DNA of 64,000 nucleotides from Calditrichaceae bacterium (GTDB lineage: Bacteria > Calditrichota > Calditrichia > Calditrichales > JBFXGD01). The DNA lies in NCBI GenBank assembly GCA_050173015.1, contig JBFXLE010000008.1:64584-128583 (forward strand). Direction: 5' to 3'. Each line of letters starts with the position of its first letter. The first letter of the stretch is position 1. Position numbers and translations under genes: made by a program. Below are positions 30,089-41,400 of the stretch, piece by piece. The notes beneath the pieces were generated by a model, which was not told the origin of the DNA, searched no databases, and saw only the letters and a program-made list of their open reading frames with translations.

Positions 30089-31429
30089 TTGTTTATTATT
30101 ATCATCGGCGCGGGGGATGTGGGTTTTAATCTGGCGAAAATGCTTTCATACGAACGCCATGATGTGGTACTTATTGAAAAAGATCAGGAAAAATTCATGC
30201 GCGCGTCTGACGCCCTCGATGCTCAGGTTTACCACGCAAACGGTACAAGTTATAAGATTCTGGAGAAAGCCGGGATAAAATCGGCTGATATGCTTGTGGC
30301 TGTAACCAATTCTGATGAGGTAAATCTTCTCTCCGCGATCATCGCGAAACAATACGGTGTAAAACGTACGGTTGTCCGTGTTAAAAACAGAGATTTTCTC
30401 CATCAGGATTCACCGGTAAATGCGGAGAAATTCAACATCGATCTTATCATCCATCCCGAATCTGAAGCGGCGCATGGAGCTGTTCATCTTCTTAACCAGA
30501 GCGCGGCTACCGATATTATAGAATTCGCGCAGGGCCGAATTATTTTGATGGGCATACAGCTTGACCGTAATGTATCCATACTGAACAAACCGCTGACCGA
30601 GTTGGCGCGGCAGTTTCAGGATATACCGTTTCGCACAATCGCCATCCAACGAAAAGATTTCACCAAGATTCCACGCGGTGAAGATATATTTATAGCTAAT
30701 GATCGTGTCTTTGTCGTCGTTCCCAAGGAATATGTAAAAGATGTTATCAAGGCAACAGGAAAAGAAAACACAAAAATTGAGAACGTAATGATTCTTGGCG
30801 GAGGGCAAACGGGTTATCTCCTGGCCAAAGAGCTCGAAAAAACGATGAATGTCAAAGTCATCGAATCAAATGTGGATAAATCCTTCGATCTTGCGGAGAA
30901 ATTAAAAAAATCTCTCGTAATTAAGGGAGACGGCCGCGATCTCAATCTGCTCGCGCTTGAAGGGATTATTGACATGGATGCCTTTATCGCCGTGACCGGA
31001 GACGATGAAACCAATATTATTTCATGTCTTATGGCAAAACATCTGCAGGTCCCTAAAATTATATCACTAATAAATAAAACCGATTATACGCCGATCATTC
31101 CGACAATAGGGATTGACGCGTTCATTTCAAAACAAATTCTGACGGTGAACGGTATTCTCAAATTTATACGTCGCGGAGCGATTGTTAATCTTGCTTCTAT
31201 TCCCGGAAGCGCGGCCGAGGCCATCGAAATGATTCCCCAGCCCGGCTCAAAAATAACCCAAAAACCTTTAATTGATTTACGTTTCCCAAAGGACGCGATC
31301 CTGGGCGCGGTCATGCGCGGAGAGGATGTTTTTATTCCTGTCGGAAGCACTCAAATTCAGGCGGGCGATAAAGTGGTATTATTCGCCTTGCCAACCGCTA
31401 TTCATGAAGTGGAAAAACTATTCAACTAA
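30089..31429 (+). CDS. trkA: Trk system K+ uptake protein TrkA
   Basis: Two RCK_N (GAGDVG, GGGQTG) and two RCK_C domains; upstream of trkH. Confidence 0.93.
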   Translation: MFIIIIGAGDVGFNLAKMLSYERHDVVLIEKDQEKFMRASDALDAQVYHANGTSYKILEKAGIKSADMLVAVTNSDEVNLLSAIIAKQYGVKRTVVRVKNRDFLHQDSPVNAEKFNIDLIIHPESEAAHGAVHLLNQSAATDIIEFAQGRIILMGIQLDRNVSILNKPLTELARQFQDIPFRTIAIQRKDFTKIPRGEDIFIANDRVFVVVPKEYVKDVIKATGKENTKIENVMILGGGQTGYLLAKELEKTMNVKVIESNVDKSFDLAEKLKKSLVIKGDGRDLNLLALEGIIDMDAFIAVTGDDETNIISCLMAKHLQVPKIISLINKTDYTPIIPTIGIDAFISKQILTVNGILKFIRRGAIVNLASIPGSAAEAIEMIPQPGSKITQKPLIDLRFPKDAILGAVMRGEDVFIPVGSTQIQAGDKVVLFALPTAIHEVEKLFN

Positions 31430-31445
31430 TTCCGGCAAAATTAAT

Positions 31446-32891
31446 ATGATAAATTTTCGCGCTATAATTAACATTCTCAGTGCCCTGCTGCTGTTTCTGG
31501 CCATTTCGTTAACGTTTCCGGCAGTCATCGCTTATTTTTATGATGAAGGTGATTTCAATTCGTTTATTTTTACGATTATCCTGACATTCATCCTGGGATT
31601 AGCGGGATTCTTCACATCAAGAACAAAGACTGAACTCAAGATAAAAGACGGATTTCTAATCGTTACATTCGGCTGGATACTCTTCGCGGCATTCGGGGCT
31701 CTTCCATTCAGAATATCCGGATTCATTCCGTCATATACCGACGCTTTTTTCGAAACCATGTCCGGATTCTCAACAACCGGAGCATCCATTCTTACCAATA
31801 TCGAAGTTCTCCCGCACGGTCTTCTATTCTGGCGGTCGCTGACCCACTGGCTGGGCGGCATGGGAATTATATTGCTATCGCTGGCAATCCTTCCGCTTTT
31901 GGGAGTGGGTGGTATGCAGCTGTTTAAAGCGGAAGTCCCCGGACCGACGCCGGATAAACTTTCTCCAAGGATAAAACATACCGCTGAATTGCTTTGGGGA
32001 GTGTATGTCCTTTTAAGTATTATAGAGGCGAGTCTGCTCATGGTGGCGGGCATGAACTGGTTTGATGCTCTTTGTCATACATTCGGAACAATGGCAACCG
32101 GTGGATTCTCAACAAAAAACGCGAGCATCGGACATTACAACAGCGCGATGATAGATTATATTATCATTATATTTATGATTTTGGCCGGAACCAATTTTTC
32201 CCTGCATTACAGAGCTCTAAAGAAAAAACCTTTTATCTACTGGAAGGATCCGGAGGCGATGTTTTTTATCGGAATAATCGTATTCGCGACGATCGCCATC
32301 GGCCTGAATGTCTGGATTCACACCGGAAACAACCTTACTTTAACCGTCCGGCATTCACTTTTCCAGGTGGTATCAATTCTCACCACCACCGGTTACGGCA
32401 CGGCAAATTATGAACTCTGGAGTTCCACTTCACAAATGATCCTGTTTGTGCTGATGTTTATGGGAGGATGCGCCGGTTCTACCGGAGGCGGGATGAAGAT
32501 CATACGCTCACTGATTCTGATCAAATTTGGCTTAAATGAATTAAAAAGGCTTATTCATCCGCAGGCGATTCTGCCTGTCCGCATCGGGAATTCAGTCATT
32601 CCGCGTGAAATTGTAACAAATATTGCCGGATTTTTTATGTTTTATATCGCCCTTTTTGTCTCGGGTGTGCTTTTTATGAGCGAACTTGGGCTGACACTGG
32701 ATACGGCTATGGGAAGCGTCGCGGCGACTATCGGAAATATAGGTCCGGGTCTTGGAGATGTCGGTCCAAGTGATAATTACGCGTTTATTCCGGACATCGG
32801 AAAATGGTTTCTATCTTTTCTTATGCTTGTCGGACGTCTTGAAATCTATACCGTCCTGATCATTTTTACGCCGGCTTTTTGGAAAAAATAA
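31446..32891 (+). CDS. trkH: Trk system K+ uptake membrane protein TrkH
   Basis: FETMSGFSTTGA, WLGGMGII, TTTGY, GSTGGGMK, GNIGPG, GRLE. Start set at Met 31446 because the ORF-track start overlaps trkA. Confidence 0.93.
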   Translation: MINFRAIINILSALLLFLAISLTFPAVIAYFYDEGDFNSFIFTIILTFILGLAGFFTSRTKTELKIKDGFLIVTFGWILFAAFGALPFRISGFIPSYTDAFFETMSGFSTTGASILTNIEVLPHGLLFWRSLTHWLGGMGIILLSLAILPLLGVGGMQLFKAEVPGPTPDKLSPRIKHTAELLWGVYVLLSIIEASLLMVAGMNWFDALCHTFGTMATGGFSTKNASIGHYNSAMIDYIIIIFMILAGTNFSLHYRALKKKPFIYWKDPEAMFFIGIIVFATIAIGLNVWIHTGNNLTLTVRHSLFQVVSILTTTGYGTANYELWSSTSQMILFVLMFMGGCAGSTGGGMKIIRSLILIKFGLNELKRLIHPQAILPVRIGNSVIPREIVTNIAGFFMFYIALFVSGVLFMSELGLTLDTAMGSVAATIGNIGPGLGDVGPSDNYAFIPDIGKWFLSFLMLVGRLEIYTVLIIFTPAFWKK

Positions 32892-32919
32892 AAATCAGAC
32901 TTCCTGTTTTTCTATTAAC

Positions 32920-32956
32920 AAAAAAGCCGTCGCAGGTTTCCCGGCAACGGCTTTTT
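32920..32956. terminator. Bidirectional intrinsic terminator between trkH and typA
   Basis: AAAAAAGCCGTCGC...GCAACGGCTTTTT between convergent genes. Confidence 0.75.
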
Positions 32957-32958
32957 AA

Positions 32959-34788
32959 CTATTTACCTTTTGTTTTACCCAGCTTAACCGCCATGAATCT
33001 TTTCCGTTCATTTTCATCGAGAATAATTTTTCTCAACCGGATTGATTTCGGCGTGATTTCCACCAGCTCATCGTCGTCGACGAATTCAAGGTATTCCTCA
33101 AGACTTAATTTTGTCGGGGGAACGATCTTAATCGCCTTGTCACTGCCGGATGCTCTCATATTAGAAAGCTTTTTCGATTTTTGTAAATTAACCTGGATAT
33201 CGCCTTCCTTATTGTATTCACCCACAACCTGTCCGGCATAAACATTTTCCGTTGTCTCGACTATAAAACTGCCTCTGTCCTGTAGCGCGTCAACGGCATA
33301 AGGTATAACCGGACCTGTACCCATTGAAATCATTACCCCGTTGAGACGGTGTGGAATGGAACCTTTAAAAAATTCATATTGATAAAAACGGTGAGACATC
33401 ACCGATTCACCTGCTGTAGCGGTAAGAAGTTTATTTCTTAGTCCCATCAGACCACGTGACGGAATGTGAAAAACCAGATGTCTAAAGCTGCCTTTGTCTT
33501 CCATTTTTAAAAGCGTTGCCCTGCGCGGACTGACAATCTCGATCACTTTTCCTGCCCACGCTTCCGGTACATCAACAACCAGCTCCTCAACCGGCTCAGC
33601 CTTACGCCCGTCAATCTCCTTAAAGATCACTTTCGGCTGACCGACCGCGAACTCATATCCCTCACGGCGCATATTTTCAATAAGAATGGACAAATGCAAT
33701 ATTCCCCGACCCGAGATTTTATAGCTGTCCGGTGAACCGGTTTCTTCCACTTTTAACGCCACATCAGATTCCAACTCCCGGAACAAACGGTCTCTCAGAT
33801 GACGGCTTGTCACATACTTCCCATCTTTGCCATAAAACGGAGATGTATTAATCGTAAATGTCATGCTAATCGTCGGCTCGTCGATAGTGATGATGGGCAT
33901 TGGTTCCGGATTTTCGAAGTCGGCGATTGTATCACCAATATTAATATCTTCTATTCCGACGATGGCGCAGATGTCACCCGTTGGGACTTCATCCTGTTCC
34001 TCACGTTCAAGACCTTCAAATGTGAGCAATTGTTTTATATGAATATTTTTGATATCGCCATTTCGTTTGACCAGTTTATAAGATGTTGCGTTTGTGACCA
34101 CGCCTCGGTAAACCCGCCCTATTCCGATACGTCCTACATACGGAGAATAGTCGATGCTCGTTATCTGCATCTGGGTGGTTCCCTCTTCTGCTTTAGGTTG
34201 CGGAATACTTTCAATGACCGCTTTCATCAGAGGTTCAAGGTTTTTTCCCGGCTTTGCGGCTGATTTACTTGCCCAGCCGCTCTTGGCTGAAGCGTAGATT
34301 ACCGGAAATTCGAGCTGATGGTCATCTGCACCCAAATCGATGAATAAATCATAGATTTCATCCAGCACTTCCTTTGGACGGACATGCGGCCGATCCATTT
34401 TATTTATAACCACAACCGGTTTAAGATTCAAATCAAGCGCCTTTTGCAGCACAAATCTTGTCTGCGGCATGGTGCCCTCAAAGGCATCAACCAACAGCAG
34501 CACGCCATTTGCCATCTTTAAAACGCGCTCCACTTCACCGCCAAAATCGGCATGGCCCGGCGTATCAATTAGATTTATTTTATAATCCAGGTATCTAAAG
34601 GAAATATTTTTTGATAATATGGTAATTCCGCGCTCCCGTTCCAGATCGTTCGAATCCATAAATTGTTTTTGAACAACCTGATTATCCCGGAAAACATGGT
34701 TTTGTTTCAGTAACTCGTCCACAAGTGTTGTCTTACCGTGGTCAACATGCGCAATAATTGCAATATTGCGGATTTTCTCGATGTTCAT
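32959..34788 (-). CDS. typA: Translational GTPase TypA/BipA
   Basis: [40 protein letters not shown]...[15 protein letters not shown]. Confidence 0.97.
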   Translation of the reverse strand: MNIEKIRNIAIIAHVDHGKTTLVDELLKQNHVFRDNQVVQKQFMDSNDLERERGITILSKNISFRYLDYKINLIDTPGHADFGGEVERVLKMANGVLLLVDAFEGTMPQTRFVLQKALDLNLKPVVVINKMDRPHVRPKEVLDEIYDLFIDLGADDHQLEFPVIYASAKSGWASKSAAKPGKNLEPLMKAVIESIPQPKAEEGTTQMQITSIDYSPYVGRIGIGRVYRGVVTNATSYKLVKRNGDIKNIHIKQLLTFEGLEREEQDEVPTGDICAIVGIEDINIGDTIADFENPEPMPIITIDEPTISMTFTINTSPFYGKDGKYVTSRHLRDRLFRELESDVALKVEETGSPDSYKISGRGILHLSILIENMRREGYEFAVGQPKVIFKEIDGRKAEPVEELVVDVPEAWAGKVIEIVSPRRATLLKMEDKGSFRHLVFHIPSRGLMGLRNKLLTATAGESVMSHRFYQYEFFKGSIPHRLNGVMISMGTGPVIPYAVDALQDRGSFIVETTENVYAGQVVGEYNKEGDIQVNLQKSKKLSNMRASGSDKAIKIVPPTKLSLEEYLEFVDDDELVEITPKSIRLRKIILDENERKRFMAVKLGKTKGK

Positions 34789-34828
34789 TAAGCTCCTTCA
34801 ATCATAAAAGTATATTACTAAAAAGATA

Positions 34829-34857
34829 ACCGAAAACCGGAAAATCCGGTTTCCGGT
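34829..34857 (-). terminator. Intrinsic terminator after ahcY
   Basis: Minus strand ACCGGAAACCGGA-TTT-TCCGGTTTTCGGT followed by TATCTTTTT. Confidence 0.7.
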
Positions 34858-34871
34858 AATATGATGTAATC

Positions 34872-36131
<1,260 letters not shown>

Positions 36132-36176
36132 TTATTCTCTCCCTTTCTAATATGATGATTCTATTACTTTTATACT

Positions 36177-37373
36177 TTATTGTTTTTTAAATATCTGATA
36201 AAAAACGTCTATGTTTTCTGTACTATGCCATGAACGAAAAGCGGTCTCAGTTAATTTCGCCTTTCTAGCCCATTTTCTCAAAACCAGCGGATTAAATCCC
36301 AGCCAGAGATCACGCATTTTATCAGCCAGTTCCTTATTATTATGACGCATAAAATCTACAACCACCAGATAGCCGCCTTTTTGTAAAATTTCAGCGGAAA
36401 CAAATATCAAATCCGCCGGATCAGGCACATGATGCAGTGCAAGCGAAATAAAAACCTGATCACAACTTTTTGATTTTACCGGCAATTGGCTGATATTTGC
36501 CTTGAGGATGCTAAAATCTTTTAACGAAAGAGACTTTTTTATCGCGATTAACTGCCTGAGCATGATTTGGTTAATTTCTATACCGGTAACTTTCGCTCCC
36601 CGTAAAGCATTATGAATAGCCACAAATCCGGTACCGCTTCCAAGATCCAGGATATTTTTATTTTCCTGGCCATTGAGCAAGGAAAATATCTCATCGAGAC
36701 GGCTTTCATCAAAGTAATTGTTTCTGACATGATCCCATTCATTTCTTATCTGATCAAAATAAGCCTGACTTTTTCTGTGAATTTGATTTAAAAGGTCATC
36801 TGGCGGCTCAAATGAATTTATAAATCGGGCGATATCCTGAATTTCCAGATATCCCGCGTTCTCCCTGAACCATTGCGGAAGAAAATACAGGAGATAGGCT
36901 TTTGTAAAACCGGCCCGTGCCCTGCTTATTAATGATGTCGCGGCCTGCACACTCAGATTCATCTCCCGGCTCAAGGCATCATAGCTTAACCCGTCAATCT
37001 CCCTGAGTATAAATATATGTTTCTGTCTCTCTGGAAGAGATGACAAAGCAGACTGAAAAGGTTCATCAAATTTCGATTCATCCATCTCGGTTTGCAGCGC
37101 GTCTTCATTTATCATTTCAAACTGCCGGCGCTTTTTTTGAAGATAGAAATTCACAACCCGGTTTCTTGCCACTGTAATCAGCCAGTTTTTCAGTGAACGG
37201 TCGGGATCAAGATTTTTCAGATTCTTCAAAGCCTGCAGATAAACATCCTGGCATAAATCTTTCGCGATCTCGGAACTGTTCACGGCATTTTTAATATAGC
37301 CGTAAACTTCGCCTTCGTGTGAATACAGTTTTTGCCAGATTTGTTTTTCGTACTTTTTATCTTTTTCAGTCAT
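36177..37373 (-). CDS. ECF sigma factor (sigma2 + sigma4) fused to class I SAM-dependent methyltransferase-like domain
   Basis: aa about 15-83 sigma2 (AKDLCQDVYL, LKNWLITVARN); aa about 108-156 sigma4 (LPERQKHIFILREIDGLSY...SLISRAR); aa about 200-398 MTase (ILDLGSGTGF, ALHHVPDP, GGYLVVVDF). Confidence 0.85.
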   Translation of the reverse strand: MTEKDKKYEKQIWQKLYSHEGEVYGYIKNAVNSSEIAKDLCQDVYLQALKNLKNLDPDRSLKNWLITVARNRVVNFYLQKKRRQFEMINEDALQTEMDESKFDEPFQSALSSLPERQKHIFILREIDGLSYDALSREMNLSVQAATSLISRARAGFTKAYLLYFLPQWFRENAGYLEIQDIARFINSFEPPDDLLNQIHRKSQAYFDQIRNEWDHVRNNYFDESRLDEIFSLLNGQENKNILDLGSGTGFVAIHNALRGAKVTGIEINQIMLRQLIAIKKSLSLKDFSILKANISQLPVKSKSCDQVFISLALHHVPDPADLIFVSAEILQKGGYLVVVDFMRHNNKELADKMRDLWLGFNPLVLRKWARKAKLTETAFRSWHSTENIDVFYQIFKKQ

Positions 37374-37550
37374 ATATACAAATAAGCGTTAAAAATCTTT
37401 CGCTAAAATAACTAAAAATTGGGCTTTTTTTAAAATATTTTTAGAGAGGAGCAATAATTCAGAGAAAAAAAGTGCGTCCTTATCTGATTTCAGCGGTAAC
37501 AGGATGAAAAGAAAATACGAAATTATGGATTGAAAGCTGATTTATCTATT

Positions 37551-37783
37551 TTGAGAAATTTTTCACTTTATTTTTGCAATTATAAGAAATACCAAAATAT
37601 TGGATTATGCGAATTTTTTCACAAATCTTTATTTATAAATGCTTTATCAATTATGGCCTGGAAATTGCCTTTTCATATTTCGAAGGGAAATAATATTCAC
37701 AGAGAATGATCATTGATCTTTTAAAACGGTTTCAAAATATTGATTCCGTTTTTATTTAATCATTCATGTGAATTATTTCTCTT
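37551..37783. promoter_or_regulatory. Three Rex-like operator boxes upstream of hydrogenase operon
   Basis: TTGAGAA-ATTT-TTCACTT (37551-37568), ATGCGAA-TTTT-TTCACAA (37607-37624) and ATGTGAA-TTAT-TTCTCTT (37766-37783), against Rex consensus TTGTGAA-N4-TTCACAA. Confidence 0.55.
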
Positions 37784-37826
37784 AATTGATACCAAACCGA
37801 CTTCGATGTCAATTGAGGAGACTTGT

Positions 37827-38285
37827 ATGACAAATGTTGAAAGAATTGTAAATGATCATGTTTCCGTTTTGGGCAAAAAGAAAGAAAATCTGCTGCCCGT
37901 TCTGCAAAAAATAGTTAAAAGCGAACGCTATTTATCCGAAGAAGCGATGATCACCGTTTCTCGTGAAATGGGGCTATCCGCGGCTGAAATATACGGTGTC
38001 GCCTCCTTTTACTCCTTTTTGGATATTAAACCCCTCGGTAAAAATATTATCAGAATATGCAAAACCATTACCTGTGACATGAAAAACAAAGACGAAATTA
38101 TTAGCGCGCTGGAACAGCGGTTAAAAATAAAACTTGGTGAAACAACCAGAGACAACAAATTTAGCCTGCTTACCGCCAATTGCATGGGTTGGTGCCATAA
38201 AGGACCGGCTATGCTGATCAATGACCGGGTTTATACTGAACTGACTCCGGAAAAGGCACTCAAAGCGATTGAAGATTATCTATAG
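37827..38285 (+). CDS. hydC: [FeFe]-hydrogenase gamma subunit (NuoE-like, 2Fe-2S)
   Basis: GAGGAG SD before ATG 37827; YGVASFYS; Cys motif CKTITC...CMGWC. Confidence 0.88.
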   Translation: MTNVERIVNDHVSVLGKKKENLLPVLQKIVKSERYLSEEAMITVSREMGLSAAEIYGVASFYSFLDIKPLGKNIIRICKTITCDMKNKDEIISALEQRLKIKLGETTRDNKFSLLTANCMGWCHKGPAMLINDRVYTELTPEKALKAIEDYL

Positions 38286-38299
38286 AAAAGGAACAAATA

Positions 38300-39487
38300 A
38301 TGACTGCCAAAGAAGAAAAAGTAATAAAATTGAAAGAACATCAGAAACGAGTGGATCTGATTTTTGTTGATCGGGATATCTGGATGATAGTTGATAAAAT
38401 CTTGCTCATGACTCCTGAGGACATCATTCAAAATATCATCGATTCCGGATTGCGCGGACGCGGAGGCGCGGGTTTCCCAACCGGCCTTAAATGGAAATAT
38501 GCCGCCGAACAGGAAAACGACACAAAGTATATAATTTGTAATGCCGACGAAGGAGAACCCGGTACATTTAAAGATCGGGAAATTTTACAGCAGCAGGCTG
38601 AAAAAGTTTACGCGGGCATGATGATTGGCGCCAGAGCAATCGGCGCGAAAACCGGATTTGTATATCTGCGGGCCGAGTACAATTATCTTCTACCGGAGTT
38701 ACTGGAAAAAGCCGAGAATTTTAACCAGGGATTAAAAGAGCGCGGTTTCGATTTTACCATTGAATTCAGATCCGGAAGCGGCGCGTATGTATGTGGAGAA
38801 GAAACAGCGCTGATTGAATCCATGGAAGGAAATCGTGGCGAGCCGAGAAATAAACCTCCCTTCCCTACTTCGAACGGCTATCTGGGAAAGCCAACGGTTG
38901 TCAACAACGTTGAGACCCTTGTTTATGCCTTAATGATTATAAATCATGGACCTGAATTTTTTAAAAGCCTCGGCACCAAAGATTCCCGGGGTTCCAAACT
39001 GTTCTCTGTTTCCGGTGATGCCCACATCGAAGGGATTTACGAACTTGAACTGGGAATGACCATAGCGGAATTTGTAGAACTGTTTGGTGATAGTGATACA
39101 AAAGCCGTACAGGTAGGAGGATCATCCGGATTCTGTGTTCCGCGAAAAAAGTTCGGTGAAACGATCATCGGTTTTGAGGGCATTCCCACCGGCGGATCTA
39201 TGATGCTTTTTAACAGCACTCGTTCAATGTACAACGTGCTTCATAATTATCTTGATTTTTTTACGGAAGAATCCTGTGGGCAGTGCAGCCCGTGTCGTAT
39301 CGGATGTCAGCAACTGCTGCACGGTATTGAGGCAATAAAAAAAAGTGAGAAGCCCGCGGCCTATGTGGAAGAACTAAAAAAATTGGCTCAAACCATGAAG
39401 ATAGCGTCGAAATGCGGTTTGGGACAGTCCGTGGCAAATCCATTTATATCAATCGTCGATAACTTTAAAGAAGAAGTTATTTATTAA
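38300..39487 (+). CDS. hydB: [FeFe]-hydrogenase beta subunit (NuoF-like, short form)
   Basis: GLRGRGGAGFPTG, NADEGEPGTFKDR, GAYVCGEETAL, one 4Fe-4S (SCGQCSPC...KCGLG). Confidence 0.9.
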   Translation: MTAKEEKVIKLKEHQKRVDLIFVDRDIWMIVDKILLMTPEDIIQNIIDSGLRGRGGAGFPTGLKWKYAAEQENDTKYIICNADEGEPGTFKDREILQQQAEKVYAGMMIGARAIGAKTGFVYLRAEYNYLLPELLEKAENFNQGLKERGFDFTIEFRSGSGAYVCGEETALIESMEGNRGEPRNKPPFPTSNGYLGKPTVVNNVETLVYALMIINHGPEFFKSLGTKDSRGSKLFSVSGDAHIEGIYELELGMTIAEFVELFGDSDTKAVQVGGSSGFCVPRKKFGETIIGFEGIPTGGSMMLFNSTRSMYNVLHNYLDFFTEESCGQCSPCRIGCQQLLHGIEAIKKSEKPAAYVEELKKLAQTMKIASKCGLGQSVANPFISIVDNFKEEVIY

Positions 39488-39500
39488 TTTGGAGATGAAT

Positions 39501-41282
39501 ATGACTGATATGGTAAGTCTGAAGATAGATAACATCGCTACACGCATCAACGCCGGATCCACTATTCTGGATGCAGCCAAAGAACTGGGAATAAAAATTC
39601 CGACACTTTGTCATCACCAGGATCTTTGCGTTGCCGGCAATTGTCGTGTCTGCCTGGTTGAGCAAAAAAACGCCAGGACACTGACCGCTTCATGCGCGAC
39701 ACCGGTTTTTGAGGGTATGGAAATTTTCACCAATACAAAAAAGGTAAGGTCCGCGAGAAAACACGTCATCGAACTGTTGCTCTCAGAGCACCGCAGCGAC
39801 TGTACAAAATGCTATAAAAACGGGAATTGTGAGCTCCAGACGCTGGCAAACGAATACAGAATAGAAGAAAAGGCCTATATCGATCTGGCGATCGGGCGGC
39901 ACATAGACACCTCTTCGCCCGCCATTCTGAAAGACGACAGTAAATGTATCCGCTGTCAGCGCTGCGTCCGCACCTGCGCGGAACTTCAAAAAGTCAACGC
40001 GCTGACGGTAGCGCACAAGGGCGATAATATGCGTATTGAAACCTTTATGGATAAACCGCTGCATTATGTAGTTTGCACAAACTGCGGCCAATGCGTCAAC
40101 CGCTGCCCCACCGGCGCCCTGGTAGAAAGAAATTATATTGAAGATGTCTGGGAAGCCATTGACAATCCCGCCAAACACGTGGTAGTGCAGACAGCGCCCG
40201 CGGTTCGCGTAGCATTGGGTGAGATGCTTGGATATGATCCCGGAAAAAGGGTGACAAAAAAGATGGTAACCGCTCTGAAACGGATAGGATTTGACACGGT
40301 TTTTGATACAGACTTTACCGCTGATCTCACAATTATAGAAGAGGGAACCGAATTACTGACCAGACTAAAAAAGGCGCTGGTGGATAAAGAAAAGGTTGCC
40401 TTACCAATGATGACCTCGTGCTCACCGGGCTGGATAAAATTTATTGAACATGAATATCCGCAGTTTCTGGACAACCTTTCAACCTGTAAATCCCCGCAGC
40501 AGATGTTTGGCGCCGTTGCCAAAACATATTATGCGCAAAAAGCCGGTATCAATCCGGAAGATATCATTGTAGTCTCCATCATGCCTTGTACCGCGAAAAA
40601 ATTTGAAGCGCAGCGACCGGAGATGAAATCGAGCGGATTTCGTGATGTTGATTATGTACTGACTACACGTGAGCTGGGCTTAATGATCCGGCAAACCGGA
40701 GTCGATCTCAGAAAAATTGAAGAATCCGAATATGATTCTCTCCTGGGCACTTCCACGGGCGCTGGTGTAATTTTTGGCGCGACGGGAGGCGTCATGGAAG
40801 CAGCACTCAGAACGGCCTATGAAATTGTCACCGGACGCGAAGTTCCGTTTAAAAATCTAAATATTGTCCCCGTCCGAGGCATGGAAGGAGTAAAATCTGC
40901 ATCCATAAAAATAGAAAACTGCAAGGATGAATGGAAATTTCTTGATGGTGTGACCTTAAATGTCGCCATCGCGCACGGCTTGAAGAATGCGGATAAAGTA
41001 ATGAGCAGCATGGAAAAAAACGGATCAGAATTCCATTTTGTTGAAGTTATGGCTTGTCCCGGTGGCTGTATCGGGGGCGGCGGTCAGCCAATTCCGACCA
41101 GTATGGAGATCCGTGAGAAACGAATGGCGGCGATTTATGAAGAAGATACAAATATGAATATCCGGAAGTCACATGAAAATCCGGAAGTAGATCGTATTTA
41201 CAAAGATTTTCTGGAGGAACCCCTGGGGCATTTATCCCACAAATTGTTACATACGAGCTATACGCCTCGTAACAAAAATTAA
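39501..41282 (+). CDS. hydA: [FeFe]-hydrogenase catalytic subunit (group A)
   Basis: H-cluster motifs TSCSPGW, MPCTAKKFE, EVMACPGGCIGGGGQP; N-terminal 2Fe-2S, His-ligated 4Fe-4S (HRSDCTKC...C) and 2x4Fe-4S. GGAG SD before ATG 39501. Confidence 0.96.
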   Translation: MTDMVSLKIDNIATRINAGSTILDAAKELGIKIPTLCHHQDLCVAGNCRVCLVEQKNARTLTASCATPVFEGMEIFTNTKKVRSARKHVIELLLSEHRSDCTKCYKNGNCELQTLANEYRIEEKAYIDLAIGRHIDTSSPAILKDDSKCIRCQRCVRTCAELQKVNALTVAHKGDNMRIETFMDKPLHYVVCTNCGQCVNRCPTGALVERNYIEDVWEAIDNPAKHVVVQTAPAVRVALGEMLGYDPGKRVTKKMVTALKRIGFDTVFDTDFTADLTIIEEGTELLTRLKKALVDKEKVALPMMTSCSPGWIKFIEHEYPQFLDNLSTCKSPQQMFGAVAKTYYAQKAGINPEDIIVVSIMPCTAKKFEAQRPEMKSSGFRDVDYVLTTRELGLMIRQTGVDLRKIEESEYDSLLGTSTGAGVIFGATGGVMEAALRTAYEIVTGREVPFKNLNIVPVRGMEGVKSASIKIENCKDEWKFLDGVTLNVAIAHGLKNADKVMSSMEKNGSEFHFVEVMACPGGCIGGGGQPIPTSMEIREKRMAAIYEEDTNMNIRKSHENPEVDRIYKDFLEEPLGHLSHKLLHTSYTPRNKN

Positions 41283-41303
41283 GAGTTTTCCTTCCTGGTG
41301 GTT

Positions 41304-41336
41304 AGGGGATGGAGGATATTCTTTCATCCCCTTTTT
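41304..41336 (+). terminator. Intrinsic terminator between hydA and hydG
   Basis: AGGGGATGGAGGA-TAT-TCTTTCATCCCCT followed by TTTT. Confidence 0.7.
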
Positions 41337-41400
41337 AATATTCGCAGGGATTGGAAATATGATGAAAAATATGGTTGTCATGAGAATCCTAAGGAGCAAT

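Noticed and set aside
31272-31445. N-terminal extension of TrkH in the ORF track
   Set aside because: Overlaps trkA in another frame; TrkH-like sequence starts at Met 31446.
37827-39487. Complex I nuoE/nuoF
   Set aside because: Followed by an H-cluster subunit and maturases with no other nuo genes, so these are hydrogenase subunits.
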